Of a stretch of 64,000 bases of DNA, positions 12,223 to 25,774 are shown one piece after another. The stretch's first letter is position 1. Each line of letters opens with the position of its first letter. Made by a program: the position numbers and the translations under genes. A model generated the notes under the pieces. That model searched no databases. It saw nothing but the letters and a program-made list of their open reading frames with translations, and was not told the origin of the DNA. Source of the DNA: Lama guanicoe (taxonomy: Eukaryota); assembly GCA_013239625.1 (NCBI GenBank), contig MU054187.1, forward strand, positions 2,303,757-2,367,756. The letters are read 5' to 3'.

Positions 12223-13689
12223 AATCATGAGCACGTGTATCTAACGTGGTCTGGCTTCACCACTGGCAGAAATGTTAAAACAGACTCTGAAAGTGAGATT
12301 TGGAAAGACGTCTGTGCCTCCGTCCTCCCAGCTCAGAAACAGAGTCCAGGGAAAGGCAGGCAGGGGGCCCACAGGGGTGGCTTCATTCTGCTTTCCTCTA
12401 AACTGCACATCCTTTCTGCTTTCGTTGCTTCGACCTCAGACCTCTCTTCTTTTTCCTCTGGGTGAATCCTCGATGGATAACCAATGAGGAAGAGGAAAAG
12501 GATGTAGATTTAGAGGCAAAAGACATACAGGTATTGGCAAAGCTGGTTCACTTACTGTCCAGCCGTCACCGCGCTGGTCGTGGGTGCGATGGGGAGGGAA
12601 CAGGAAGAAAACACAAAGGTGGGGCCGGGGAAGTTAGTCACACCATCACTCCATTGCTGATTCCCTCTTGTGTCCAACAAACAAAACTTCTAAGTCTTTA
12701 TGGATCTACTGGTGATTTTTAAGTGCTGTTAAATTTTCCTTCCATAACCTTAGTAAGAAAATTAAATGCTCGATCTGAGTATTAAAATGTTACCATTACA
12801 ACCCACATATTCTTGTCCCATTTCGTAAGAGACGTATACTAGATTGAGAAAAGGAATGCAGGTGTTAGCATGACTTACTTAAGAAGACAGGCTGCCCATG
12901 TCACATGGCCCCCTCATCTGAAGGGAGGGCAATGAAAGCATATATATAGTTTTAATTTCTTTCTCTTTCCTTTATTTATATATTTCAAAAACTGTGAGGG
13001 ACTCTTGTTTTTTTATAGTAGCATCAACCACCCATAAAAAATAGCCCCACCGTTGCCATAGGGATCATGAATGTTGGAGCCATTCCGCCAGAAATCTCAT
13101 TCACCTGAAAATTGAGGTCCCCAAGTGACAATGAGCTGAGGATACTTTAATATCAGGTGGGATGAAAAGGAAACGGAAAAGCCTCAGACACGACAAGGCA
13201 CTCGGACAAGAAGTGCGGGGCTCGATTCACTTTACCGCCAGTCATAGGAAGGGCGGCTGCAGACACGCCCAGGAACCCAGCACTGGCGAGCAGATAGCTT
13301 CCACAGCTGAAGAGCAAATGTGCTACTTAAAAGAAAGAAAACAATATATATACATGTTTCTAGGACAGTGAAGAGAAGACAGACATGCTGGCAAGACAAT
13401 CAGGTTGATCGTCCATAAAACTGTCCTGCAGTACACGCAGTAAAAAATCCCTGGACATGGCGTTCTTCTGCCCAGAATTGACTCACACCACAGCAGAACT
13501 CATGGGCTATTCCTGTTAGCATCCCAGAGGGACCGACCACAGGGGACCGACCACAGAGCCCCAGGCACGGGAGTGGGGCAGACAGCACAGCGTCACCATC
13601 ACCTGCTTCAGTCACAGCTTCACGCACCTGTCCAGACCAGGAAGAGAGGATGCCTGGTTACACAGAGGTTCTCTCTTAAGATTATCTTC

Positions 13690-14205
13690 TAAATGCTTTT
13701 GTTTGCTTCTTACATTTAGGCGTCTCAGCCATCCAGAACTGACTTTTGTGTAATGTGAGGGCCGCCAGGCTCTCGGTTGTCCCAGCATCAAGCACTGCAA
13801 AGGCTGCTGTCCCCCACTGCTCCAAGACACAGCTCTGAATAACCGGTGTCAGCACGTGCCTTGTCACCTTTCTGGGCTCTCTATTCTGAGTTTTTAGCCC
13901 AAGTCTACCTCTGCACCAACATCCCTTGTGTAATGTCTTACCATACCTGTGTGATGTCCTAATGCCTCGTGGGACCAGCCATGACCCCTCCTCTGATTCT
14001 ACAAGTGTGCACTGGCTGTTCTTGCTCATTTGCATTTCCATATAAATCTTCGAATCAGTCCATCAGGTTTTGTTTAATGTTGTTAGATTTTTATTGGATT
14101 ATCCAAGTTCTGTATATCAATACTGAGTCTTCTAATCCATAACTATCGTGCACCTCCCCCCTGACTTAAGTCCGTTTAGACAGTGTTGTATAGTTTTCCA
14201 CGTGG
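13690..14205 (-). mobile_element. Old L1 (L1M) ORF2 fragment
   Basis: TTGTCCCAGCATCA...GGGCTCTCTATTCTG...TTTGCATTTCCATATAAATCTTCGAATCAGT. Confidence 0.7.
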
Positions 14206-15927
14206 AGATCTCGCTTTGCCTCCTTCTCAGGCCCCGCTGTCCGTATTTCATTTCCAGCCCTTCAGCTGTACCTCCTCCCACTCCTCCCTTCCCCGCCCTC
14301 ACCACTTCTCAGTGAAACCACAGCTGCCTGCCTTCCTTCACCTGCCGAGACGGAGCCGCGACAGAGATGCCCCCTCACCTCACCTGGACCAGAAGCACTG
14401 CCTGGCGGGCTGTTATCATTCCCCTGTTTCCATAGTAACTGGTTCAAACACTTCCCTTTGACTTGGTTAACCAGTCCCAAAGAGTCCTTGTTGAGATACT
14501 GTTTTTAAGTCTTACTGTTCTCATTTGTTCAAGTTCGATTTATCTGGTTATCAGTGTTTATTGTTTCTTGATGGGTTTTGTGTCCAACAGAAATAAGCTA
14601 AATTCTGAGTCAATTATCACTTCTATGTGAGAGGTGACAAACACCTGCCAAGCTCAGGGTCACAGGTTTTCATTTTAATGCTTTATTATGTTGCCACGGA
14701 GGCTGCGACAGCTAGCACTTTCTCTGGTTGATGCCACAGGTGAAAAAGGAAGTTCACTACAGGAATTGGGAGGAGAGCAAGTAAAATGTATCCCAAAGTT
14801 ACACGAGGTACAGAGCCCCGAGCCGTTCCAAGCATTACAATTACTCTGCTGCCAGTGTCTCCCATTGTCCTCTGTGGTCTCTGAAGAAATAATTAACCTT
14901 GTGAACTCTGATAAACTCACAAGAGATGGAGAAGATCACAGCATATCAGGGCCACGTGAGTATTTGAAGATAAAGGATTATTGTGACTAGAGCAATCAAA
15001 AGAGAAAATGTGTCTGCAGGGAGAAAGAATTATTGTGTATGCTTCAAGGGCATTGAAAATACTCAGCTAATCTATTTTAAGAGAGCTCTTTCTCTCTTGC
15101 TCTGAATTTTGCAGCCAGAAATCACATCTGCTCTGTGCAGAAGCCAGCACCACGTGACCTTCTACATGCTGGAACGTCCTCTCCACTCTGTTTGTTGAAA
15201 TGGGGCAAAATTTCTCTCAACGCAGGAGGTATCTGTCCTGAATTAGGAGGTTGCCAGAAGGATGTATAGGTCTCATATGTCACCTACTTGGAGACCAGAC
15301 TCCTGCCTTCACATTTGAATCATAAATTGCTCCAAGTGGCTGGGCTGTCTGCTCCGTGACCTCACTCATCCCCTCTGTGGCCCCCTCAGCGGCACTCCCA
15401 TCGGCTCACATTTCTGTCTTTGTCTCTGACTGCCCCCCCCCGCAACGACACCAGAACGCCTTGGACATGCCTTCCTTGTCTAATACACAGACATCCAGAG
15501 AAGTAGGTTCAATATAGCACAATGTTCAGGCTCACTTTCGAATGACCTCAGAAATCAGTTGGAAATTACAGAAATAAAGTTTGACTAACTTAGCAGGAGT
15601 TTAGTAAATGATATTGAGTTGTTCAAAGTATCTCTCAGGGGCTGGAGAACCAGTGGCTGAAGTTACACTGCCAAACAGTCCAAAATTACGCCACAAACCA
15701 TCCCTGTGGATACCTCAGCACCGTCACTGCCTTCTGGCTGCCATCCCAACCACAGGCCCTGGACCCTCTGCTGGGAACCACCCCCACCACTGCTCTCCTT
15801 GGGAGCGGGCACTGCCCGTGCTGCTGTCCTCACCAGGAAGAAGCCCTTGTTGACCTGCCCCGTGGGCACACCAGATTCTGAGCCAAAGTTTGGTCCAAGT
15901 GCTTGTGATGGAGACAGCCAAGGTCAT

Positions 15928-16385
15928 TGTGATAGCTAATTTTGTCAACTTGGGTAGGGAATGGTGTCAAATTACTTGGTCAAACACCAGTCTAGTTGTT
16001 GCTCTGAAGCTATTTTTTGATGTGATTAATATTTAAATCAGTAGACTTTGAATAAAGCAGATTATCCTTCAGAATGGTGGGCCTCATCTAATCAGTTGAA
16101 AGTCTTAAATGGAAAAACAGAGGTTCCCTAAGGAAGAGAGAATTCTGTCTCCAGACTGCAACATAGAAATTCTGCCTAAGTTATGAGGCTTTAGACTCAA
16201 GACTGTAACATTAACTCTTACCTAAATCTCTAGCCACTGTGCGAATTTCGAATTTGCCAATTCCCCCGATCACATGAGCCAATTCCTTAAAATAATAAGT
16301 CTCTTTCTCTTTCCCTCTCTTTCCTTTCTGTGTACATACACAAATGTATGTCTATATATGTGTTCTCCCACCAAGATTCTAGAAG
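15928..16385 (+). mobile_element. ERVL solo LTR (MLT2C/D-like)
   Basis: Starts TGTGATAGCTAATTTTGTCAACTTGG; contains GGGCCTCATCTAATCAGTTGAA and GAGCCAATTCCTTAAAATAA. Confidence 0.85.
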
Positions 16386-16989
16386 AATGTGCTAAGCAGC
16401 CAGAGAAAAGAGCAAATTACACTTTTATTCTTATATAAATTTTATATGCAAAAAAACCTAACAGACGTTCCCTTTGAAATGTTTGCAGCTGTAACTATTA
16501 ACGTCTCTTGGGTATCCAGAGATGGAGAACTGTCACCTTTCTTGAAGCATGGATTTAAATTGCCACGAGGCTGCAGGATTCACTCCGCTGGTGGGGAGCA
16601 TGGACCCGGCCAATGAGGACACCTCAGGGTTGACCCACTGTTCTCGGCAGTGACCAGATTTAGCAACTCTTGTGAAGCGGGATTTGGTTTCCTTATGAAA
16701 CAGCCTCCAAAAGAAAGTCAACTTTCATGTTGTTGATGAAAAAGATGAGGTCAAATAGTGAGATGATTCACAGTTTAAAGCCAGAAAATAGAGATTTTAG
16801 ATAAACAAACAAGATAGGATTGACGCTGACCATGCCTTACATTTCTCCCCTGAACACAGTCACCACATGCTCTATAAAGACAGGAAAACAGAATTACGGA
16901 AACTGGCTTGAGAAGCTGGAGCAATAAAAGGAGTGACTTTGTGCTGGATCTGAGCCCCAGCCTCAAGAGCTTTGGCATGGTTCCACCCC

Positions 16990-17300
16990 CTCTCTTGGAC
17001 CCTCCTAGCCACCGTGCGAACGAGCCAGCGCTAACCCACTGGACAGTGAGACACACCCCCCATCGCCCCAGCTGGCAGCCCACCAATGTCAGACAAGTGA
17101 GTTGGGCTGTCCCAGATCATTGAGACTGGCCATCATCCTGACCTACCAGCTGATGCAGACACACGAGTGGGCCCAGCTGAGACCAGCAGAACTTCCAAAC
17201 TGACCCACAGACTCATGAATAATGATATGTGGCTGTTGTTTTCAGACACTTCATTTTGGGGGCGTGGGGTATTTGTCACACAGCAATAAATGACAGAAAT
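16990..17300 (+). mobile_element. ERVL-MaLR LTR 3' part (MLT1H/J-like)
   Basis: GAGACCAGCAGAACTTCCAAACTGACCCACAGACTCATGA...GCTGTTGTTTTCAGACACT...TTTGTCACACAGCAATAAATGAC. Confidence 0.7.
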
Positions 17301-20300
17301 ATTCAGAGCTGTCAAAATTGGCTGGAGAATAAAAAAAGCAGGTAGAAACCCCTCCAGAACACACTGTTTTTAAAGCTCCAGTGACTCATGCATCCTGGCC
17401 AGAAGCTGAAATTTATCCCTGGGGAAACTTTACCTCTGTTCTGGGAGGCGCCATTTTTATGAGCAATGTTGCCCATACAGGTCTTGAACACTGTGTAGTA
17501 ATCCAAATGCAGGTGCTTCCAACCACGTTCATCTTATTATAACTAAATATGGAAAAGGTTACCTCTATTGTGGTCGAGCGCGTCTCTTTAGGGATGACTA
17601 TGAGGTAAGAGATTTGGGGTTCCCACTGACAGGCCTGTGATCAGGCAGCCTGGGGTCCTGGTGGTCTCTGGGGAGAAGACATGACTAGGGGGCCTGTCGC
17701 CCCTGAGGAGGCGTTCCAGGGAAGGGGGCAGTCGCTAGGGAAGGAGTCTGAGGTACAGGCAATGACTCAGGGGACAAAGATGCAAACCATCTCCTGTCCC
17801 AGGTCTAACTGAGCTGTCTCTCCTCCCAGCCTTCACACCAGCCCCATGCTCACCTGCTCTGTTCTGTAAACTAAGGGGATGGCACTGCTCTAGCATCTGG
17901 AGCGTGGACAAAATGGACAGAGACATTCACAGAGACAGCGGCATCATACACAGCCAGAGAGAGCAGGCAAACAGCTAGAGGTCACTTGAAATAAGAGGGA
18001 GCAAGCAGCAAGCAGGAAAGCCCCTATGACCACAGCCCAGAACCTCCGGAGACGCCCTCCGGGGCTTTAGGACAGAACTGCTGTGGTCCCGTTAGATCAG
18101 GGCTTGCTTTTTGTTTAGACATTAAAGGGGCAGCTGGCTCCCAAGGGCTGGCAAGCTCGAGGACAGAGACACCAAGGTACTTATAAAGCACTCATTTTCA
18201 GGAAGAAGGTGCATAATGGCAATAATTAAAAGTTGACAACCAAATTGGAGAATAAAAGCAGTTAAGTCCAAACATATTTTCAGATGTGTGAATGGGAAAT
18301 AAGATTTTTAGAATTGAGTTTCCTCTAAAGCAATAATACCACACAGAAATTCACTGCAAGAACGCATTCTCATGAGTTATTGCTTTATTAAAGTATAATG
18401 TGTGCCCGCGAGGAACTCGATGGTGGGGTTACGGCTAAAATCCCCACTTAGCCCGCATTTCCCTCGGATTGACGACGACAGCTCTGAGATACGCACTTCA
18501 TAACGTGCGAGGACTGTGATTGGTCCTCCTGGTTTATTATTAAGCCTGACTGGTTTATCATGTGCCAAGACACTGTGTGCAAATAAGAAACTGATTGACT
18601 CTTGGTCTCATCTCTCCCCACCGCAGATCACCCAAGGCCCAGGGCTCCGCTGTGGAGAGATGATTTACATCACAGGCAGCTCGCCCAGCGGCCTTTGAAA
18701 GCAGGAGGCCGGGAGTGTGGAAGCACAGAAAGGGAGAGAAAGGAGCGACGGTCGGCAATAAAGCCCCGCCTTTGCAGAGGGCATGCCGTGCACGCCTGGG
18801 TGAAGAGGCAGTGTCCCTCACACGGTCACAGTGCGGTTGCTTGGGGCACTCGCCATCTGGCTTTCAGAAAAGCGACAGATCTTCACTGGGGAAGGTCTTT
18901 GAAATGAGGACACGACAAGGCATTGGAGGACGAGTGAGCTCGGACTTTAAATGGAAGAGGGCGGCTTAGCCGTTTTTCCCGTTTGCTACCAAGAGCTTCT
19001 TCACGTCCTCTCCGAGGCGCCTGCTCTCCTGGTCTCTCCAGCTCCATGCCTGCCCTGTTTTGAGGCAAACAGGGTCAAGGCCCCTTGTCCAAGCCCTTCC
19101 TTAAAACAGTCCTCCCTCAGAGCACCAAGGCCACTTCCTAAGGACCCACATGTGGCAGCCAAGACGTGAGGCAGCAGAAGAGGGGCCCCAGACCAGCTGA
19201 TGTGCCAGAGGCTGCCAGACGGCGTCCCTCGCCACCCCGATCTGGCCGGGCCCGGAGCGCTGACAGTGCGTGGGCCCGGAGAGCGGCCTCACGGGGGCTC
19301 CCGCACGGCCGGGGCTCGCGGCAGGACCGGCGGCGCCAGCGCTGAGCCACGCGGGCCACCGCGGCCTCAGTCTGAGGGGGGCCACTGAAGACGCCATAGA
19401 GCTCGGTACCGCCTCCGGGTCTGCTTTGCGAGTGTGTTTTGAGTTTCTTAAACCTACGATGCCTTTAGTGAATATACGCATTTTACACACACGTCCGCTC
19501 ACCGAACCTTTTCTCAAGGAATCGCTGTGACTGAAGTAACGGCGTCCTGAAAACTAAAAGATGAGCTGAAAGCACCAAACAGCTGGTCTACCCAACTTCA
19601 TCCCCGGCAGCCCACACCCCACCGCCCCCGGGGTCCCTGTTCTCAGCCTCTGTCCAGGGGGCCTTCTGCTCAGGAGCTGTGAAGACAGGTACCTGCTCAG
19701 GAAGGCAAAGGGGCACGAGGGGCACTTTTTTTGAATTGTTTAACATCTTTACTGTGATCTGGCTCCTGCACAGGAGCTCCTCCACACACATTTCAGAGGT
19801 ACAACCTGAATGGATTTTGGTAGATGTCTACACGCATGAAACCACCACCACCACCAAGACAGCTAACGAAAGTTTCCATCTCTCCCCAAGAGGCGCAATT
19901 CTCAAATTCCCAATTCATGTTTTAAATGCCCACCTCGCCCGTACTGTGCCTTCCTGACGGAGCTCGGAACGGCTTCAGAAACTTCCCTTGTCTGTTGCGA
20001 AGTCCGTTGTGCCCTCTGAGCGGCAGGCGAAAATGGAATCCCAATACTGGCGTGTATCGGCAAGAAGCTGGTAAGCAGCCTCTTCTGCTCTTGGTTCTCT
20101 GGTTCCCAAATTCACGCGTCACTTGTAGATTTTAATTTCTCTTTTTGCCCATCTCAAGACAGAAAAAAAAAAGGCATCCGAACACAATTCAAAAGAATTC
20201 TCAATGAGCCTCACCAGACGGCCAACAGAAGACCACGTACATGTAACTGGCCAGTTTTCGAGCTGCGTTAAAGCCACACCTGTATTTATGACTTTGTATG

Positions 20301-20727
20301 AATAAACTCCAGCAAAGGAAACATTTACATCTTATGTATACTGAGCAAGACCACATTAATAAAATTAGAGAGAAGGAAAAAAAAACATTCATGAATGTGG
20401 AATAATCGAGAGCCCAGAGCCTTTAACCTTAAAAAGACCCCTCACTGGCTTATAATCTGAAAATGTATAACTGATGTTTTATACAAGAAAGGCCATCCTT
20501 GAGCAGACAATGTTACCAAATGTTTCAGTAAGCTCAGAAGAACTGGGAAAGCAAAGGGGAGAATTTTTAATCCATTCTAACGGGAGCATTTCAGAACCTA
20601 ATCAGCAATGAAATGGTGCTGTTCTCAGATGAGTATCTTCCAGTAGGAAGATAATGCTAGTAGAAATACATGTAACTTAAAATCTTCTAGCAGCCACATT
20701 TTAAAAAGTAAAAAGAACAGTCCTCTC

Positions 20728-20929
20728 TTTTTTTTATTGAAGTAATGTCAGCTTACAATGTCGTGTTAACTTCTGGCGAGCAGCATGGTGATTCAGCTCT
20801 ACACATACATAGATTCCTTTTCATATTCTGTTTCACTATAGGCTGTTACAAGGTATTGAATATAGTTCCCTGTGCTCTACAGTATAACTTTGTTGTCTAT
20901 CTATTTCATGTATTGTAGCTAGTATCTGC
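20728..20929 (-). mobile_element. L1 3'UTR fragment
   Basis: TTTTTTTTATTGAAGTAATGTCAG...GGTATTGAATATAGTTCCCTGTGCTCTACAGTA. Confidence 0.85.
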
Positions 20930-20931
20930 AG

Positions 20932-21710
20932 TGTCTTGGCTTCAGAAGCTGAATTTTCTGCACGTTTCCCTGGCCCTTAATCTTAAAGATCCATCTAGAC
21001 CCTATTCCCTGGCTTTTGTGATCTGTGCCCCCGACCCCCGCCCGCACACACCCCACCTTTACCCAATCTCTTGACTACGGCGGCACCTACCCACACCTCC
21101 AGCCCTCCCCACCGCTGGCCTGAGGGCACCCCGTTTAAGGGAGCAGATGGGACAGCTGTCAGCTACCAGATGCTCCGTCAGCACTCGCACGCCAAGCACA
21201 GGTGTGTGAACGAAAATTGCTGCCAGCCAGACAGGCAAACAAAGGATGCTGTGGCCGTCAGGTCATCAGCCAGCAGCTCCGCCCCCGACAGCGAGCGGAG
21301 GGAATTCAGGATGGGGACACGCAGGCAGCCCGGCCTCTGCTGCCCCCACAGCAGTGCCCACTAAGGGGACTCAGGATGGGAAAGAACAGGACACCGGCCC
21401 TAGACAGGTAAGGTGCAGATCAAAGGGATGATCTCAGTGAGTCCAGACCTTTGCACCTTCCCACGCGTAGAAAAGCGCTAAGTTCCTTAACTTGAGATGT
21501 CTGGTTTTCTTTAATTAACAGTCATCTTTCGATGTTCCAACCACCTGGTCTTTGTTGGAGATCTCCTGTATCTCCTGTCCCCTCCCTTGCCGCAGCGGAA
21601 TAGTCTCTTCGAGCGATCTGGGAGGCTGCCTCCCGGTTCGAGTCCTCAGGAAGTCCATCAAATAAAACACGACTCTCAGCTTTTAGGCTGTGCAGTTTTT
21701 TCAGTCAACA
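20932..21710 (+). mobile_element. ERV1-type solo LTR
   Basis: TG...CA termini (TGTCTTGG...TTTTTTCAGTCAACA), AATAAA at 21661-21666 followed by a short U5-like tail. 5' boundary uncertain. Confidence 0.65.
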
Positions 21711-22927
21711 GGTGTGGCCGTGCGACTCTGTTTGTGCTGGAAATGGTCACTGAGACAAAATGTGCCCTTCTTGACTGCCCTCCATCACCTGTGTTACTTA
21801 CCAGCACAAATAATTTGTCTTGATGAGCTGTTTGCTTTCCTGTAAAACTAAAGAACAGGGAGTTGTAGATACCTTAGTGGAGAGTCTCAAGCCAGAACCA
21901 CGGGATTCAGCCCGGAACCCGCGGTCTTCACTCCACTCTTGTTGGTCCTGGTGTCTGTCACGTGGGCACCGGAAGGTCAGGGACGTGGCTCGGCCACCCC
22001 AAGCTCTTTGTCTGTTTGCCGCAGTTTCCTTGTGCTGCTCACAATGTTTTCTTCCTCTACGGTGAGGACTGACTTGACAATTCAAATGAGGTTCATCTCC
22101 ACTGCACCTTTGAAGAGTGAGCCAGTGCAGCCAGCCCTCTGCTCTGCCTCCAACGTGCCCAGATGTGCACAGAAAAAGCCAGCCGGCGAGTGCCCAGCGG
22201 TGTCCCTATGGTCTCCTGCCCTGAAAGGGAGAGCAGAGACCTCGCGTGTGGGGCAAGGCGGCAGAACCAACCAACCTGCTCTGGGAAATGACATCCCACG
22301 CCATCCACCCACGCGTCTGGGACACAAACAAGGTCACACTATTCAACTCCAGGTGCTCATCTGCATTAACAGAAATCTGAAAAAGACTCCATCCGGGTTT
22401 TAGTCTCCTAAATCACCACGGCCATGGTCATTGCTGCGTGGTGCTGAGAAGCGGGCATCGGCAGGTAACTAGGGAAACAGCAGCTCGGCTTGAAATTTTA
22501 GGTCACGAGAGAGTCTAGGACAGATGACGACAGACCGGTGAGGGCGTCAGGGCCAACGGCTCCCCAGGTTGATTCCACACTGAACTTTCCGTGACGGTTG
22601 TGGAGGGCCTCCCTCCTGTAAGGACATAATCCCACAAGCTTGTTCCTGGTTATCAGGAGTAAATAATGGCGCACCAGCAGCGTGTCAGGACCCGGGATAA
22701 GCCCCTGAGGCAAACTCATGACATCAGTTCATCCTCATGACAACGCCGTCAAACAGGCACGACGAACACCACTCCGGGATGGAAACCCGCGTTTCCAAAA
22801 CGTGTTCAGCCCCCGGAAGCACAGGGCCAGCCTCCATCCTTCAGAGGGGGGTGCCCCCAGCCCTGCCGCCTGAGGGCAGAAGGAAGCAGTTCATCCCAGC
22901 CTCCTGACCACTTAGAAAAGGAACCCA

Positions 22928-23012
22928 TGTCTGTATGCAGGACTGAAACATTAGGCTGCACACCAGAAATTGACACAACATCGCGAACTGACTAGACCTC
23001 AGTTTTTTAAAA
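22928..23012 (+). mobile_element. Very short L1 3'-terminal fragment
   Basis: GCTGCACACCAGAAATTGACACAACATCGCGAACTGACTAGACCTCA. Confidence 0.75.
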
Positions 23013-25774
23013 AAGACCTATTGGCTGACAGCTCACTCAGGTCCTGTTTCAGTTGTGTTGGACGTAAAGCTCTGAAAATCACTTGCCTTTCAAACTGACT
23101 TGTTACCGAGTTATCCTCTTTCTCAGTGGGGGGAAGGCATTTAAAAAAAAAAAAAGGCTTTTCCTAGACTTACCAAATGCTGCTCATTGTACTTGATTTT
23201 CTTTAACGTAGAAACACCTAATTTACCAAGTTAATATAAAACTGGACTGAAGAGTAAAAACCTGTAAAATTGAGTATTTACTATCTTAGGATTTTTCCCA
23301 CTGACTATGAACTAAAACATACAGCTTCATGCTAACCTCCAGTACTCTTGCTTGTGTCTGTCTGCTTTAAAAAGACAACTCATGGAAAGGAAAATATGAA
23401 TTATCATATACAAATAAATTAATGGTAATTTTAAATGGTTAGATTTAGAATCACGGATTTGACAGGACTCCAGCAGCAGGCCAAGGCTTTGACTGTATCG
23501 TGAATTGACTGTAATTAAACTGGTTCTCTGAAGTTCAGGGTAGTGACTGGAGATGGGGATATTTTTTCCCTATTCATGCTTAAAATGCTCTGCTCTTAAG
23601 AGTATAAGATAATCTTCTCTTTGGAAACAAGCAAAAAGAAGAGGTGGGCTGTGTGGCTGGCAGGTGTGGCGCCTACAAAAGCCGTATCAGTAATTGTTAC
23701 TCGGTACGCCGTGCTCACGGTCTCCAACGATCTGGCAAATGTGAAGGAAAACAGGTTTCTCCCTCTGCATCTAAGTAAGTTTGTGGCGATGTGGGACAAT
23801 CATGCATCTCCGCTGTTGGTTTGTGACATTTCTCTGACAGCAGTAAACATGAATCTTTTCACCTCGTCCTCCTTGAAACCATACACCTTGAGAGGTGAGA
23901 CACGGTCCACAAAATGGGCCACTGAGAGGGGTCTGCCTCGTTCCCAAAATGCAGAGCGTTGGTCTGGGAACAGCTAACGTGACCAAAACGCCTCTGTCCC
24001 CCTGCTGTCTGATTCCGTGGGCACCTCAAGTAAGGCCTGGAGCGTGTATCTGGGTGGATAAAATGCAAGGGCCTCGACCCTCTGTGAGGCTCTCCCCGCC
24101 TGGCTCTCAGGGGGCTCTCCCCGAAGAGAGATGCCTACTCCCAGGGGTCCGGGCAGGAAGCTGGGGACCCCAAATACACAGTGGCATTCTCACCCTGCCC
24201 CAATCTGCAATGCATCTTTCACTGTTGACCGAAACACTGCTTCTAACGTCACCTTCACTCAACAGCCGTAGATTTAAGACTGAGAAACCCCTACGTGGGT
24301 TGACGGAACTTCGATGGAAAGGGCCTCGGGGACACCAGCCTCCCAGATCGTCCTTATTTTGTGGAGTGGGACAAAGAGCAAGTGCGGAGGGACGGTCGTG
24401 ACGTCAAGGCGCGGCCTGCGTGGAGCGTGCCGTCATCAGAGGCAGGTGGATGCCAAGACCAGCGTCTGCTTCCTCCTTTGCAGGGCGGTGACAGCCCTGC
24501 CCCCGCGGCTGTCCTTTCCCTGGGGTCCGTGCTGTCCCGGCCCAGATCATCTGCTCTCATCTCAGGAACGCCCATTTCTAGCTCATGCATCAGTCACAGG
24601 AGCCATTTTTAACAGCTGCATCTTCGCAAGGTGATCCCAAGAGTGGGTGTGTGTGGCCACGGAGGTGGCTTTTCCACCTGAGCACGGTGGCTCCTTCTCT
24701 CCTGAGTGGGTGGGAGAGGTCCCGCCTCCTCGCTGGGGTCAGGCAGAGGTGACAGTGGAGCACCCTCAGAGAAAGCAGGACTTGTAGGTCCGCTAGGTGA
24801 GGACTGACAGGTACCCGCCCCATTTAGCAACCAGGATGGTGGCATTAAGGTGCTGAGAGCGGTCACCCTAGGGAATGCGGCAGGAAGCCAGGTGACTGTG
24901 GACTGACGACCAAGAAAAGCCTCCGTGGAGAAGCTACACTGACCTCAAATCTCATCTCTTCCTCTGTAAGTTGTTTCTCCATTTCTCCAAACCAAAGCAA
25001 TACATCATTCTGGCCACCACATGGAACATTTTAAATTTTTCTTATAGTGTTCATCACATTTGCCTTACATTAAGGTTATGATTCCTCTCTCTTTCTATAT
25101 TATAAACTCTTCAAAGACAAAGTAGCATCTCTTACATATTCCCTTTTACACACACACACCTGGATGGATACACACACCTGGACACACACACACCCCTGGA
25201 CAAAAGTTCCTACATCAGTCTTGCACACAGTAGGGTTTTTAAAATAACTCTTACCTGATTTGAATTGAATTAATGTACTCTACATCCAAAAAAACTTGCT
25301 AAGATTTTTTAAAATAAATATTCTGTCCCCGATGGATGGTCGGATTGTATGGTGGTGATACAGCGACTCTGTTCTTAATCATTTGATTTATTTCCATCTT
25401 GGTGTCATGTTTTCACCTCAAAATAAAACTTCATTTGACTAAATCTGCACCAGACATTAATCACATGCTTATTAAACGTCTTTGAAGCTGGATATGCATG
25501 ACGTGTCTTTTATAGCTCAGCGCGCGTGTTGGTTTCACTTGGAACGTCAACTGAATCTTAATGCACTTGGCAGATGGTGCTTCCTGATACAGTCGGAAGA
25601 CATCACACATGGCTCAGCTTGAAGCTGTGCTGGTCCAGGTGGATGGGCTTCCAGGAGCACCCACATTCCAAGACCCGCTCCTCAACTTTTCAGTCCCAGA
25701 TCATGACTTTACCAACACACCAGGGAGCCCAGGCTGCAAACCCTAGCTGCCCTTCAGTGGGTGAAGAGCTACAG

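Noticed and set aside
13529..13556. 14-bp tandem duplication GGGACCGACCACAG x2
   Set aside because: Ordinary local tandem duplication with no associated structure.
23621..24634. Cluster of longer ORFs (118, 168, 106 aa)
   Set aside because: No recognisable protein family, overlapping frames on both strands and no convincing exon structure; expected in GC-rich non-coding DNA.
25145..25202. Repeated ACACACACCTGGA units resembling a spaced array
   Set aside because: Degenerate CA microsatellite slippage with no unique spacers; not CRISPR-like.
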